Counted from the stretch's first letter, positions 33,245-42,115 are shown. The stretch: DNA of 64,000 nucleotides from Burkholderiales bacterium (GCA_036262835.1 DATAID010000105.1:35303-99302); one strand, 5' to 3'. The notes: a model not told the origin generated them from the sequence alone. Made by a program: numbers and translations.

Positions 33245-33925
33245 GTGATCAACAAGTTTGTGGCCTCGGCCGAAGCCGCTCTGGCCGACGTCCCTGATGG
33301 GGCGACCGTGATGCTTGGCGGCTTCGGCAATGCCGGAATGCCGGTGGAGCTGATCGATGCGCTCATGGCGCAGGGCGCGAAGGGGCTCACCATCGTCAAC
33401 AACAATGCTGGCAACGCCGATCACGGACTCGCCGCGCTGATCGGCGCGGGCCGCGTGAAAAAGATCATCTGCTCTTTTCCGCGCCAAGCCGATTCCTGGC
33501 ACTTCGACAAGGCGTATCGCTCGGGCGCGCTCGAGCTCGAGCTCGTGCCGCAGGGCACGCTCGCCGAGCGCATCCGTGCCGCCGGCGCGGGTATCGGCGC
33601 GTTCTACACGCCGACCGCGTTCGGCACCGACCTCGCGAAGGGAAAGGAAACACGGCGCATCGGCGAGCGCGACTACGTGCTCGAATATCCGATCCATGCC
33701 GACTACGCGCTCATCAAGGCCGAGCGCGCCGACCGCTGGGGCAATCTCACGTACCGCAAGACCGCGCGCCAGTTCGGCCCGATCATGGCAGCCGCCGCCA
33801 AATGCACCGTCGTCCAGGTGCGCGAGACCGTCGAGCTCGGCGAGATCGATCCGGAGGTCGTGGTGACTCCCGGAATTTTCGTGCACCGTGTCGTTCGCAT
33901 CGCCCCGATGAGGAAAGTCGCGTGA
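33245..33925 (+). CDS. scoA: 3-oxoacid CoA-transferase subunit A
   Basis: MINKFVASAEAAL...MLGGFGNAGMP...ELELVPQGTLAERIRAAGAGI. GTG start. Confidence 0.85.
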   Translation: MINKFVASAEAALADVPDGATVMLGGFGNAGMPVELIDALMAQGAKGLTIVNNNAGNADHGLAALIGAGRVKKIICSFPRQADSWHFDKAYRSGALELELVPQGTLAERIRAAGAGIGAFYTPTAFGTDLAKGKETRRIGERDYVLEYPIHADYALIKAERADRWGNLTYRKTARQFGPIMAAAAKCTVVQVRETVELGEIDPEVVVTPGIFVHRVVRIAPMRKVA

Positions 33926-34572
33926 AGAAACTCGATCGCAAGCAGCTCGCCGCGCGCGTCGCGCGCGACATCCCGGAAGGCGCCTACATCAATCTGGGCA
34001 TCGGATTGCCGACGCTCGTCGCCGACTTCCTGCCGAAGGGCCGCGAGATCATCCTGCACAGCGAGAACGGCGTGCTCGGCTTCGGCCCGCGCCCGCCCAA
34101 GGGCGAGGAGGACGAAGACCTCATCCACGCCGGCAAGGAACCGGTGACGCTGCTGGCGGGCGGCTCGTTCTTTCACCACGCCGACTCGTTCGCGATGGTG
34201 CGCGGCCGCCACCTCGACTACTGCGTGCTCGGCGCCTTCCAGGTTTCCGCCCAGGGCGACCTCGCCAACTGGCACACCGGCGCGGCCGATGCGATTCCCG
34301 CCGTCGGCGGCGCGATGGATCTCGCCGTCGGGGCGAAAAACGTGCTCGTGATGATGGAGCACCTCACCAAGGACGGCAAAAGCAAGATCGTCGAGCGCTG
34401 CAGCTATCCGCTCACCGGCGCGCGCTGCGTGACGCGCATCTACACCGATCTCGCCGTCATCGACGTCAAGGCGGACGGCCTGCACCTGGTGGAAATCCTC
34501 GCGGGGGAGCTGACATTCGACCAGCTCCAGCGCCTGAACGGCGTGACGTTGAAGTATCGCGCCGCCGCCTAG
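33922..34572 (+). CDS. scoB: 3-oxoacid CoA-transferase subunit B
   Basis: Begins VKKLDRKQLAARVARDIPEGAYINLGIGLPT and contains the SENG active-site motif (LHSENGVLG). GTGA overlap with the scoA stop. Confidence 0.85.
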   Translation: MKKLDRKQLAARVARDIPEGAYINLGIGLPTLVADFLPKGREIILHSENGVLGFGPRPPKGEEDEDLIHAGKEPVTLLAGGSFFHHADSFAMVRGRHLDYCVLGAFQVSAQGDLANWHTGAADAIPAVGGAMDLAVGAKNVLVMMEHLTKDGKSKIVERCSYPLTGARCVTRIYTDLAVIDVKADGLHLVEILAGELTFDQLQRLNGVTLKYRAAA

Positions 34573-34982
34573 CGCAGGATCACGAGCTCGGGCGCCCCGC
34601 CCTTCTGCACATAGACGATCGCGTTCTGCTCGAAGCGGTTGCCGAGCGCCTCGGCCTCCACGCGCGGGATGTCGAGGACGAGAACGCTGCCCTCCGGCCG
34701 CCAGACGCCCTCCGGATCGCGGCCTTCGCCCTCGAAGCACAGATAGCGGCTCTTGCGCACGAGGATCTTGAGCGCTTGAAACGCGATCACGTTACGCACC
34801 AGGCCGCGCGGCTCGCCGTGCGGGTTGGCAGCCGAGATGAAGGCGGCGCAACTGGCGCGCTTCGCCTCCAGCAGCGCGTCCAGATGCGCGTTCGGCTCGC
34901 TCACCTTGAGCACGATGTCCGGCTCGCCGAAAACGACGTAATGGGCGGCCTTGTACGCGACGATCAGAGGCTCGGGAATCAT
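34569..34982 (-). CDS. DUF3293-like protein of unknown function
   Basis: 137 aa from ATG 34982. The AFISAANPHGE and FEQNAIVYV motifs match my recollection of DUF3293. The longer track ORF (to 35333) overlaps the upstream gene. Confidence 0.5.
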   Translation of the reverse strand: MIPEPLIVAYKAAHYVVFGEPDIVLKVSEPNAHLDALLEAKRASCAAFISAANPHGEPRGLVRNVIAFQALKILVRKSRYLCFEGEGRDPEGVWRPEGSVLVLDIPRVEAEALGNRFEQNAIVYVQKGGAPELVILR

Positions 34983-35050
34983 TGCGTTCTTAAAAGGCAA
35001 AGCAAAACCTGGGCCCCCGATTAAAGCATTCGGAAGCGACGCAGAATTTC

Positions 35051-35989
35051 CTAGTGGAGCGTTTTTTCGGGTTGCGGTGCAGCAGCGCTCGCCGGGGGCA
35101 CGAGCGCGACGACGCGGCAGGAGCGGTCGATCTGCTCGGCGATGCGCTCGATCAGCGTCTCGGTCATCTCGGGCCGGGGGCGCATGCGCTGGAAGTAAGC
35201 CTGGATGCGGCGCGCGGCGAGCACCGGAATTCCGGAAACCGCGGTGCGCTTCACCGACCAGCCGGGCAGCACGAGGATCGGGCGAACCGCGACCGGCTCG
35301 CCGATCGCCTCCTCGATCCACTCGAACAGCCACTCGGCCTGGCGCATGGCCTGTCCGAGCGGCAGGGTTTCCTTCCAGCCCGGAAACTGCAGACTCTCGC
35401 CGTCGTAGGTGACTTCCCAGGGCCGCTGGCCGTCGTTCGGTCGATCGGCGTCGCGCCCGCGCGCGGCAACCGCGAAGACGCCCGCCGGCCCGATGACGAT
35501 GTGATCGATGTGCGCCTCGAGCCCGTCGGCCGGAACGTCGTGGAAGATGCGATAGCCGAGATGGCGCAGCTCGTCGAGCTCCTGCCCCACGGCGCGCTCG
35601 GCTTCATATCCGAGCGCGAGCGAGCGGGCGCGCCCCAGTACGCGCGCGAGGCGCGCGAGGATCCAGAGCTGCAGCAGCAGCGCGGCCCCCACGTAGACCG
35701 CGATCGTCTCGGTCTCGGGGAGCAGGCCGTCGTAGACCGCCTTCAGCGGAAAGACGCAGAAGAGGAGCGGGATGCCGAAGAGGCCGAGCGCCGCATACTC
35801 GGCGGCGTCCCACGCCGCGTCCTGCATGGGGTCGCGCAGCGACTCGCCCGGAGCGCGCAGCAGGTCGAGCGAGATTGCCTGACGCCGATCGGCGTGGAGC
35901 GCGCGGCGGCGATAGACGATGAGCACCGCGAGCGTCGAGACGAAAGCGGCCACGAGGCACAGAAGCGGAATCCACTGCCAGCGATACAT
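35051..35989 (-). CDS. Membrane-anchored NERD (nuclease-related domain) protein
   Basis: Three predicted N-terminal TM helices, then GYEAERAVGQELDEL..GYRIFHDV...IDHIVIGPAGVFAV. ATG 35989 has SD GGAG 6 nt upstream. The upstream ORF extension contains a strong hairpin and was rejected. Confidence 0.7.
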   Translation of the reverse strand: MYRWQWIPLLCLVAAFVSTLAVLIVYRRRALHADRRQAISLDLLRAPGESLRDPMQDAAWDAAEYAALGLFGIPLLFCVFPLKAVYDGLLPETETIAVYVGAALLLQLWILARLARVLGRARSLALGYEAERAVGQELDELRHLGYRIFHDVPADGLEAHIDHIVIGPAGVFAVAARGRDADRPNDGQRPWEVTYDGESLQFPGWKETLPLGQAMRQAEWLFEWIEEAIGEPVAVRPILVLPGWSVKRTAVSGIPVLAARRIQAYFQRMRPRPEMTETLIERIAEQIDRSCRVVALVPPASAAAPQPEKTLH

Positions 35990-36282
35990 CGATGCTCCGG
36001 CGAAATTGAAAGGGCCCGCATGGGAGCGGGCCCTTGGGTCCCGAATTTTTCGTTCGGGCAGCACCTTAAGTGGGCGCTGATTCGTCCGAATCCGCTCGGG
36101 GCGGTATCCCGACCGGTCGCCGGGAATTCCGCTGCTGCCGTCGCGTTTTTCGCGACCGCCCTCGCAGATTCGCCCTCTTTTTACTCCTTCGTTCGGGCTC
36201 GCGCAATCGTCGCTCGCTCCCGACGGAACGAATGGGCCGAGCGCTTGGTCGAATCGCCTTTCACCGCGTCGCCGGAGGCCCC

Positions 36283-36615
36283 ATGAAGGACGAACGCCGC
36301 AGCTTTCTTCGCACGATCCCGCTCGTTTTCGTCGTAGCCGCCTCGACGCAGGCTTCCCAAGTGCTCGCGCAGGCCAAGCCGGCGGCCGGGCCGAAGCTGG
36401 AGGAGAACGATCCGCAGGCCAAAGCCCTCGGCTATGTGCACGACGCGACCAAGGCCGACAAGGCGAAGTTCGCGAACTGGAAGCCCGGCGAGATTTGCGA
36501 CGGTTGCGTGCAGTTCAAGGGCAAGCCGAAAGACGCGTTCGGTCCCTGCACTATCTTCGGCAACAAGCAGGTGGCCGCCAAAGGCTGGTGCACCGCCTGG
36601 CAGAAGAAGGCTTGA
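36283..36615 (+). CDS. High-potential iron-sulfur protein (HiPIP) with Tat signal
   Basis: RRSFLRT twin-arginine leader. Four Cys in HiPIP spacing (CDGC...C...C.AW), ending GWCTAWQKKA. SD GGAGG. Confidence 0.85.
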   Translation: MKDERRSFLRTIPLVFVVAASTQASQVLAQAKPAAGPKLEENDPQAKALGYVHDATKADKAKFANWKPGEICDGCVQFKGKPKDAFGPCTIFGNKQVAAKGWCTAWQKKA

Positions 36616-36628
36616 GCCGGAAATAGAA

Positions 36629-36648
36629 AGGCCGCCCTATCGCGGCCT
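36629..36648. terminator. Weak hairpin between the convergent HiPIP and Ala/Lys-repeat genes
   Basis: AGGCCGC (36629-36635), 6-nt loop, GCGGCCT (36642-36648). No clear U-tract. Confidence 0.3.
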
Positions 36649-36659
36649 GCGACGTTAGC

Positions 36660-37103
36660 TTACTTGGGCCCGTTTCTTCCGGTTCCGGCGGCGTTTCCCT
36701 CGGACGGCGGGCCGTTGCGCGAACTCGCGATCGCGCGCTGCTCGCGAAGCTTGGCCTGCTCCGCGGCGCGCGCTTGCGCTCTGGCCTTTGCCTGCGCCGT
36801 TGCGTTCGCCTTGGCCGCCGCTGCCGCTTTCGCCTTTGCGTCGGCGGCCGCTTTTGCCTGAGCCGCCGCTGCCGACTTGGCCTTTGCATCGGCGGTGACT
36901 TTCGCCTGCGCCGCGGCCGCCTCTTTCGCCCTGGCATCCGCGGCCGCTTTCGCCGCCGCGGCCTCTTTTGCCTTTACATCCGCGGCTGCTTTGGCCTGCG
37001 CCGCAGCGGCGGCTTTCGCCTTCGCGTCGTCGGCCGCGCTCACCTGAGCGAACGCGGGAAGCGCAAGCGCGAGCATTGCAAAAACAACGAGCGTCTTCTT
37101 CAT
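36660..37103 (-). CDS. Secreted Ala/Lys-rich tandem-repeat protein (TolA-domain-II-like composition), function unknown
   Basis: Sec signal MKKTLVVFAMLALALPAFA. About 100 residues of D-A-K-A-K-x-A-A-A-A-Q-A-K-A-A-A-type repeats, then a Gly/Asn/Pro tail. SD AGGAG 9 nt upstream of ATG 37103. Confidence 0.55.
   Translation of the reverse strand: MKKTLVVFAMLALALPAFAQVSAADDAKAKAAAAAQAKAAADVKAKEAAAAKAAADARAKEAAAAQAKVTADAKAKSAAAAQAKAAADAKAKAAAAAKANATAQAKARAQARAAEQAKLREQRAIASSRNGPPSEGNAAGTGRNGPK
36732..37034 (-). repeat. In-frame tandem repeats (about 14-16 codons per unit, about 6 units) encoding the Ala/Lys-rich region
   Basis: Units DAKAKAAAAAQAKAAA, DVKAKEAAAAKAAA, DARAKEAAAAQAKVTA, DAKAKSAAAAQAKAAA, DAKAKAAAAAKANA... 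are readable directly in the translation. The matching GC-rich periodicity is visible in the DNA. Confidence 0.6.
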
Positions 37104-37255
37104 GGGATCCACTCCTGCGTAAAGTCTCCGCACGATGGCACACGCAGATGACGCAGCTTGCGACTTTCGTCACGAAAAAACCGTCGCCCGCGCGCGACAT
37201 TACGTGCTGAAAAATGTTGCGCTAGTGTGACGCAGCCTTTTCAAGGGAGGCGCAC

Positions 37256-37822
37256 ATGAAAAATCGGATCGCAGGGCTGGGGATGGCCGCGCTCATCGCC
37301 GCGGGCGGCGCGCAGGCGTGGGAAGAGCCGGACGCAACCTTCGCAAAATTCCACGAGGCGGTGAAATCCGGCAACGCCGAGGAGATGGTGCGGCTATCGA
37401 CGAGTGCGCGGCGCGGCGACATGAGCTCGCGCAAGGACGCCGAGCTGCGCGAGGCGCAAGCGGCCACGCCCGCCGCATTCGCGCTCGAGCAAAAGACCGT
37501 GAGCCGCGACGGCCAGGCGGCCAAGCTCTACCTCTCGGCGCCGGGCGACGCCTTTTCACCTGCCAGGGCCGGCGCCCAATACGGGATCGTCCGACTCGCG
37601 CTCGAGGCGGGCGAATGGCGCATCACCGGCGAAACGTGGGCGCGCGAGAAGCCCGTCGAGCTGCTGCCCGCACGCAGCCCGGCGAGCAACGCGAGCGGTG
37701 CCGAGCGCCCCCGCATGCCGGCAGCGCAGGCGCAGCCCAAAGCCCCGGTCCTGCGCCTCGCGCGCCCGGCCTGCACCTACAAGGGCGTGATGTCGGACGA
37801 GGAAATCGAGCGCTGCCGCTAG
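37256..37822 (+). CDS. Secreted protein of unknown function, paralog 1 (Cys-bracketed C-terminal motif)
   Basis: Signal peptide ...AAGGAQA/WE, conserved core KFHEAVKSGNAEEMVRL...YGIVRLALEAGEWRI, a Pro/Ala linker, and C-terminus PACTYKGVMSDEEIERCR. Strong SD AGGGAGG. Confidence 0.6.
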   Translation: MKNRIAGLGMAALIAAGGAQAWEEPDATFAKFHEAVKSGNAEEMVRLSTSARRGDMSSRKDAELREAQAATPAAFALEQKTVSRDGQAAKLYLSAPGDAFSPARAGAQYGIVRLALEAGEWRITGETWAREKPVELLPARSPASNASGAERPRMPAAQAQPKAPVLRLARPACTYKGVMSDEEIERCR

Positions 37823-37839
37823 GTGTTAAGCTTTCCGCG

Positions 37840-38439
37840 ATGAAATTTTGGGGAATCGCGCTTTTCGTCCTTGCCTGCCAGGCCTTCGCGGCCGATGAGC
37901 CGGAAATCGTGTACGGCAAATTCCATCGCGCGATCGCCGCGGGCAACCTCGAGGAGATGATGCGCTACGCACCGGCAGCGCGGCGCGCCGAGGTCGCGGC
38001 CATGTCCGCGGCGCAGAAGGACGCGCAGATGAAAATGCTCTCGATGCTCATGCCGAAGGCGTTCACGCTGGTCGACAAGCGCCTCGCGCCCGGCGGCAGG
38101 AACGCACGCCTCATCGTCACCGGCCCGGGGGAAACCGTGATCGCCGGCGGCGCCAAGGAGCCGATGTACGGCCGCGTGAGGATGGTGCAGGAAGCCGGCG
38201 AATGGAAAGTGGACGAGATCGCCTGGAGCAACGAGCCGCCCAACGCCGGCGAGGTCGGGCCCGCTGTCGCGGCACCGCCGGCAGCCGCTGCGGCCAAGCC
38301 GGTATCGGCCTCCAGGCAAGCGCCACGAACCGCCGCCCCGGCGGCGGCCTCGCCACCCGCCCGCAAGCTCGGCGCGGCAAAGCCCGAGTGCGTCTACAAG
38401 CCGGTGATGACGAACGAGGACATGGAGCGCTGCCGCTAA
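37840..38439 (+). CDS. Secreted protein of unknown function, paralog 2 (Cys-bracketed C-terminal motif)
   Basis: Signal peptide MKFWGIALFVLACQAFA, core KFHRAIAAGNLEEMMRY...YGRVRMVQEAGEWKV, a Pro/Ala linker, and C-terminus PECVYKPVMTNEDMERCR. Lies 17 nt after paralog 1. Confidence 0.6.
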   Translation: MKFWGIALFVLACQAFAADEPEIVYGKFHRAIAAGNLEEMMRYAPAARRAEVAAMSAAQKDAQMKMLSMLMPKAFTLVDKRLAPGGRNARLIVTGPGETVIAGGAKEPMYGRVRMVQEAGEWKVDEIAWSNEPPNAGEVGPAVAAPPAAAAAKPVSASRQAPRTAAPAAASPPARKLGAAKPECVYKPVMTNEDMERCR

Positions 38440-38442
38440 GCC

Positions 38443-40431
38443 CTACCAGGGGCGCTTTTCCGCGCGGGCAATGGTTGTCTCCACGTCCTCGGCTCGCAGA
38501 TAGCCCTTTCGCTGCAGCTCGGCCGCCGCGGCTCTGAGCCTGGCAAGAAAATTCTCCTTCGTTCCGTAACGCTCCACCATCGAGGGGCGCGGATCTTTCT
38601 TCTCTGCGCGCTCGTCGGCGGTGCGCGCAAACGGAAAAAGGGAGCCATCGAGGTAGCAAAGCTCGCCCGCGGCGCCGCCCGCGACGCTTCGCAGGGCCCA
38701 GCCGGTCGTCGTGGCAGCGGGCACGGCCTGCTCGGGCACGCGCAGGCCCGCGAGCTCGTTTCCGTCGGCGTCGATCGCCGGCACATACACCTTGTAGCGG
38801 TACTCGAGCGCCTTGGGCGGCGCATTCTCGAGGATGCCCTCGTCGTATTTGGCGCCGTAGTCGAACTGCAGCATCGGGTTGGGGCCGCGCGGGGCTGCAA
38901 AGCCAGGCAGCTTCGGCCACCTGAGCGAATCGGCCGCCACGAGCGTCTTGTCGGAGAGGCGCGGATAGACGCTCGGCGGCGGGGGCACGTCCTCCTTCAC
39001 CCAGCGGTCGAGCGCCAGGATGAGGGCGCGCATCACCGGTCGCGGGTCGATAACGGTGTTGGCGGGCGCCGCGCACACGCCCTTCGGCATGATCTGCGAG
39101 ATGACGTGCTGCGTGCCCGCGAAGTGGTAGATGCGCACGTTTTCCGGCAGCACCAGGTCGCGCCCGCCGGTGGCGTCGGTCGTGCCGAGCGAATGCCCGC
39201 CCTGCCAGTACTCGGTCGAGGTGACGGTCTGCATGATCTTCGGACAGTTGGTGCGCGTGCGGCAGCGCTCGAGCAGGCCGTCCTCGCGGCGACTGAGGTC
39301 ATCGCGCATCTTTTCGTAGGCGAACGGGAAGGTGGCGTCCGGGTAGCCGAGAAAGCCGTAGCCGAGGCTGTAGGCACGGTTCGGCTGCGCGAAGCGAAAG
39401 TTGAGGAAGAGCCGCGCCGAGGCGATGTGCGGGTTGATCCCGTCGAACACCTGGCGCAGGTCTTCGGTTTCGTTGAAGCCCTGGTGGATCATGTCGCGCA
39501 GGAACCGTCCCGACTGGGAGGTGCCGTGCGCGAGCGTGTAGGCGACCTTGTGGCGGCCCTCGGGGCCGAGCGGGTTGGGGTTGCCGAGCTTGTCGCGCGC
39601 CTGGTAGCGCAGAAAGGCGATGAAGTCGCGCGTCGCCGCGTAACCGATGCCGGCGATCGGCGGATCCTTGGCGACGTACGAGAACTGATAAAGCGCGCCG
39701 GCGCGAAACGCGCGCCCCTGCGGCAGCAGCCGAAGCATGCGGCCCTCGACCAGCTCCCAGGCATTCGGCGCGATGACGGTCGGGGCTTCGTCGTTTTTCT
39801 CCCTCACGCTGAGCTGCGGCTTCATCTTCGCGTCGGGAACGGCGGCGAAGCTCAGCAGGGCCTGCGTCTGGCCTTCGCTGTTGTAAAGAAACTCGTCCCA
39901 GACCGGCGCCTGCACGCCGCGCGCGGCCGGCACCTCGAGCTCGAGCGCGTAGCGCGCGCGCGGAGCCGCGCGGCCCGCGCCGGGGATCCAGCCGCTCCAG
40001 GCGATCGAAAACCCCTGGCGCATGAGAAAGCCGTCGCCGGCGCTCTCCGGAGAATCGAGCGCATTGCTCGGCGCAACGTCGTTCAGCAGATGAATCACGC
40101 GCTTGTTGCCGCGGTTGTTGACGTCGTAGAGCAGCGTGCCGTTGCCCTTCATCGGATCGGCCGGCCGCAGGAGCTCGAAGTCGGCCGAATATTCGACGCG
40201 CCCCTGCGCATTGCGCGGCGCGAGCCGCAGATCGACGATGCCGCGGTTGGCGGGGTGCGAGGGATCGAGCTCGCCGTAGAAGCGCCCCATCACGCGCACG
40301 TAGGGGCCGGTCGGGCCGAAGGCCTTGCCTGCGGCAAAGGGCACGGTGGAGCCGACCTCGATGCGCGTCAGTTCACCGCGCGCCGCCGCGAGAAATGCGA
40401 GCAAGGAAAGAAACAGGACGAGCCTTTGCAT
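38443..40431 (-). CDS. Large secreted protein resembling the uncharacterised 'alpha/beta hydrolase domain-containing' family
   Basis: Sec signal MQRLVLFLSLLAFLAAARG from ATG 40431. GPYVRVMGRFYGELDP...VDLRLAPRNAQGRVEYSADF...NNRG and HGTSQSGRFLRD (GxSQSG nucleophile-elbow-like) motifs. Family assignment is from memory only. Confidence 0.5.
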   Translation of the reverse strand: MQRLVLFLSLLAFLAAARGELTRIEVGSTVPFAAGKAFGPTGPYVRVMGRFYGELDPSHPANRGIVDLRLAPRNAQGRVEYSADFELLRPADPMKGNGTLLYDVNNRGNKRVIHLLNDVAPSNALDSPESAGDGFLMRQGFSIAWSGWIPGAGRAAPRARYALELEVPAARGVQAPVWDEFLYNSEGQTQALLSFAAVPDAKMKPQLSVREKNDEAPTVIAPNAWELVEGRMLRLLPQGRAFRAGALYQFSYVAKDPPIAGIGYAATRDFIAFLRYQARDKLGNPNPLGPEGRHKVAYTLAHGTSQSGRFLRDMIHQGFNETEDLRQVFDGINPHIASARLFLNFRFAQPNRAYSLGYGFLGYPDATFPFAYEKMRDDLSRREDGLLERCRTRTNCPKIMQTVTSTEYWQGGHSLGTTDATGGRDLVLPENVRIYHFAGTQHVISQIMPKGVCAAPANTVIDPRPVMRALILALDRWVKEDVPPPPSVYPRLSDKTLVAADSLRWPKLPGFAAPRGPNPMLQFDYGAKYDEGILENAPPKALEYRYKVYVPAIDADGNELAGLRVPEQAVPAATTTGWALRSVAGGAAGELCYLDGSLFPFARTADERAEKKDPRPSMVERYGTKENFLARLRAAAAELQRKGYLRAEDVETTIARAEKRPW

Positions 40432-40597
40432 CCCCGGGCCCCGCCGTCGATAGTCCGGGCGCAGTGTCCCGCCGCCGCGACAGTCCGTCAATGCGGACGA
40501 GCGTCAACGCCTTTGCCGGCTGCGGCGCCTCGGCTGCGAGGAACTTCATTGTCGCCGGCGCGCCCAATTGGGAGCTTTGTCTCGGAAGCTTTTTCCA

Positions 40598-42115
40598 ATG
40601 CGGCTATGGCTGGTCTTACTGCTCGTGCTTTCGCACGCCGGCGGCGCCCTCGCCGCGCGAGCGTTCGGCTTCGAGGACGTCGATGCGCGCGCGCGCGCGC
40701 TCGCGGAGAAACCTTACGAGGCGGGGCGCGAGCTGCCCGCGGCGCTGAAAGGACTCACGTACGACCGCTATCGCGACATCCGCTATCGGCCCGACAGGTT
40801 TCTCTGGCATGACCGGGGCCTTCCGTTCGAGCTCGCCTTTTTCCATCTCGGCTGGCACTTCGAGCGGCCGGTGCGCATCAACGAGGTCGCGGGGGGCGAG
40901 GCGCGCGAGATCGCCTTCGATCCCGCCGACTTTGACTATGGCAAGAACCCGCCCGACCTCTCGAAGCTGGAAGGTCTGGGTTTCGCGGGTTTCCGCATCC
41001 ACTATCCGCTGCTTAAGAACGGCTACAAGGACGAGGTCGCGGTGTTCCTCGGCGCGAGCTATTTCCGCGCGCTCGGGCGCGGACAGCGCTACGGCCTCTC
41101 GGCGCGCGGCCTCGCCATCGACACGGCGGCCCCGGGTGGGGAGGAGTTTCCGCGCTTCACCGAGTTCTGGGTCGAGCGACCCTCTCGCAAGGCGAAATCA
41201 CTCGTCGTCTATGCGCTGCTCGACTCCCGGCGCGCGACCGGCGCCTACCGCATCACGATCACGCCGGGCGAGGAGACGGAGCTCGACGTGAAATCGCGCC
41301 TCTACCTGCGCGAGGCGGTGGGCAAGCTCGGCCTTGCGCCACTCACGAGCATGTTCTTCTTCGGCGAAAACCAGCCGGCCGCTCGCGCCGGGTCCGCCAT
41401 CGATTATCGGCCCGAGGTGCACGATTCCGACGGCCTTTCGATCCATGCCGGCAACGGCGAGTGGCTGTGGCGGCCGCTCACCAATCCCAAGCGCCTGCTC
41501 GTCACGTCCTTTGCCACCGAGAACCCCCGCGGCTTCGGCCTGATGCAGCGCGACCGCGAGTTCGGGCATTACGAGGACCTGGAAGCCCGCTATGAGCGCC
41601 GCCCGAGCGCCTGGATCGAGCCCAAGGGCGACTGGGGCAAGGGTCGGATCGAGCTCGTCCTCCTGCCCTCGCCCGATGAGACCAACGACAACGTCGTCGC
41701 CTACTGGGTACCCGCGCAGCTGCCCAGGCCCCTGGAGCCGCTCGAGCTTGACTACCGCATCCGCTGGCAGGGCGATGAGTTCACCCGCCCGCCGCTCGCG
41801 TGGGTAACGCAGACTCGCCGCGGCAAGGGCTACCAGGCCAAGCCCGACGACACGATCGGCTTCGTCGTCGATTTCAAAGGCGCCGCGATCGAGGAAGCCG
41901 GCTCGGACTCGGCGGTCGAAGGCACGGTCACGGTGGACTCGAACGCCTCCGTGGTGAGCAACCTCGCCCACCACCACGACCTCACCAACGGCGCGCGCCT
42001 CGTGCCGCATATCCGGCGCAACGACAAGGCGAAGCCGGTCGAGATGCGCGCCTTCGTGCGCAGCGGCTCGCGCGCCCTCTCCGAGACATGGAGCTACGTT
42101 CTGCCGCCCGACTAG
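40598..42115 (+). CDS. opgG: Periplasmic glucan biosynthesis protein OpgG (MdoG)
   Basis: Sec signal [19 protein letters not shown], then FGFEDV...[16 protein letters not shown]...FELAFFHLG, typical of MdoG/MdoD. TTG 40568 is an alternative start. Confidence 0.85.
   Translation: MRLWLVLLLVLSHAGGALAARAFGFEDVDARARALAEKPYEAGRELPAALKGLTYDRYRDIRYRPDRFLWHDRGLPFELAFFHLGWHFERPVRINEVAGGEAREIAFDPADFDYGKNPPDLSKLEGLGFAGFRIHYPLLKNGYKDEVAVFLGASYFRALGRGQRYGLSARGLAIDTAAPGGEEFPRFTEFWVERPSRKAKSLVVYALLDSRRATGAYRITITPGEETELDVKSRLYLREAVGKLGLAPLTSMFFFGENQPAARAGSAIDYRPEVHDSDGLSIHAGNGEWLWRPLTNPKRLLVTSFATENPRGFGLMQRDREFGHYEDLEARYERRPSAWIEPKGDWGKGRIELVLLPSPDETNDNVVAYWVPAQLPRPLEPLELDYRIRWQGDEFTRPPLAWVTQTRRGKGYQAKPDDTIGFVVDFKGAAIEEAGSDSAVEGTVTVDSNASVVSNLAHHHDLTNGARLVPHIRRNDKAKPVEMRAFVRSGSRALSETWSYVLPPD

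Noticed and set aside
36070-36282. N-terminal extensions of HiPIP (ORF from 36070) and of the NERD protein (ORF to 36064).
   Set aside because: The extensions are Arg-rich and low-complexity. The internal ATGs (36283 and 35989) have good SD sequences and give a proper Tat leader and a proper first TM helix respectively. The NERD extension would have to encode through a 10-bp GC hairpin.
37149-37236. 9-bp direct repeat TGACGCAGC at 37149-37157 and 37228-37236. Also a small hairpin GTCGC-N6-GCGAC with a T-run on the minus strand (about 37168-37195). Both lie in the divergent region between the Ala/Lys-repeat gene and paralog 1.
   Set aside because: A single 9-mer recurrence in about 150 bp is only marginally unexpected. 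The stem is just 5 bp and has no upstream minus-strand gene to terminate. It may be regulatory, but the evidence is too thin to call.
37840-37900. Possible lipobox (VLAC) in paralog 2, which would make it a lipoprotein.
   Set aside because: The -2 position (L) fits the lipobox consensus poorly. An AFA/AD signal peptidase I site follows 4 residues later, and paralog 1 has no Cys in its leader. This is left as a Sec signal until it is run through SignalP or LipoP.
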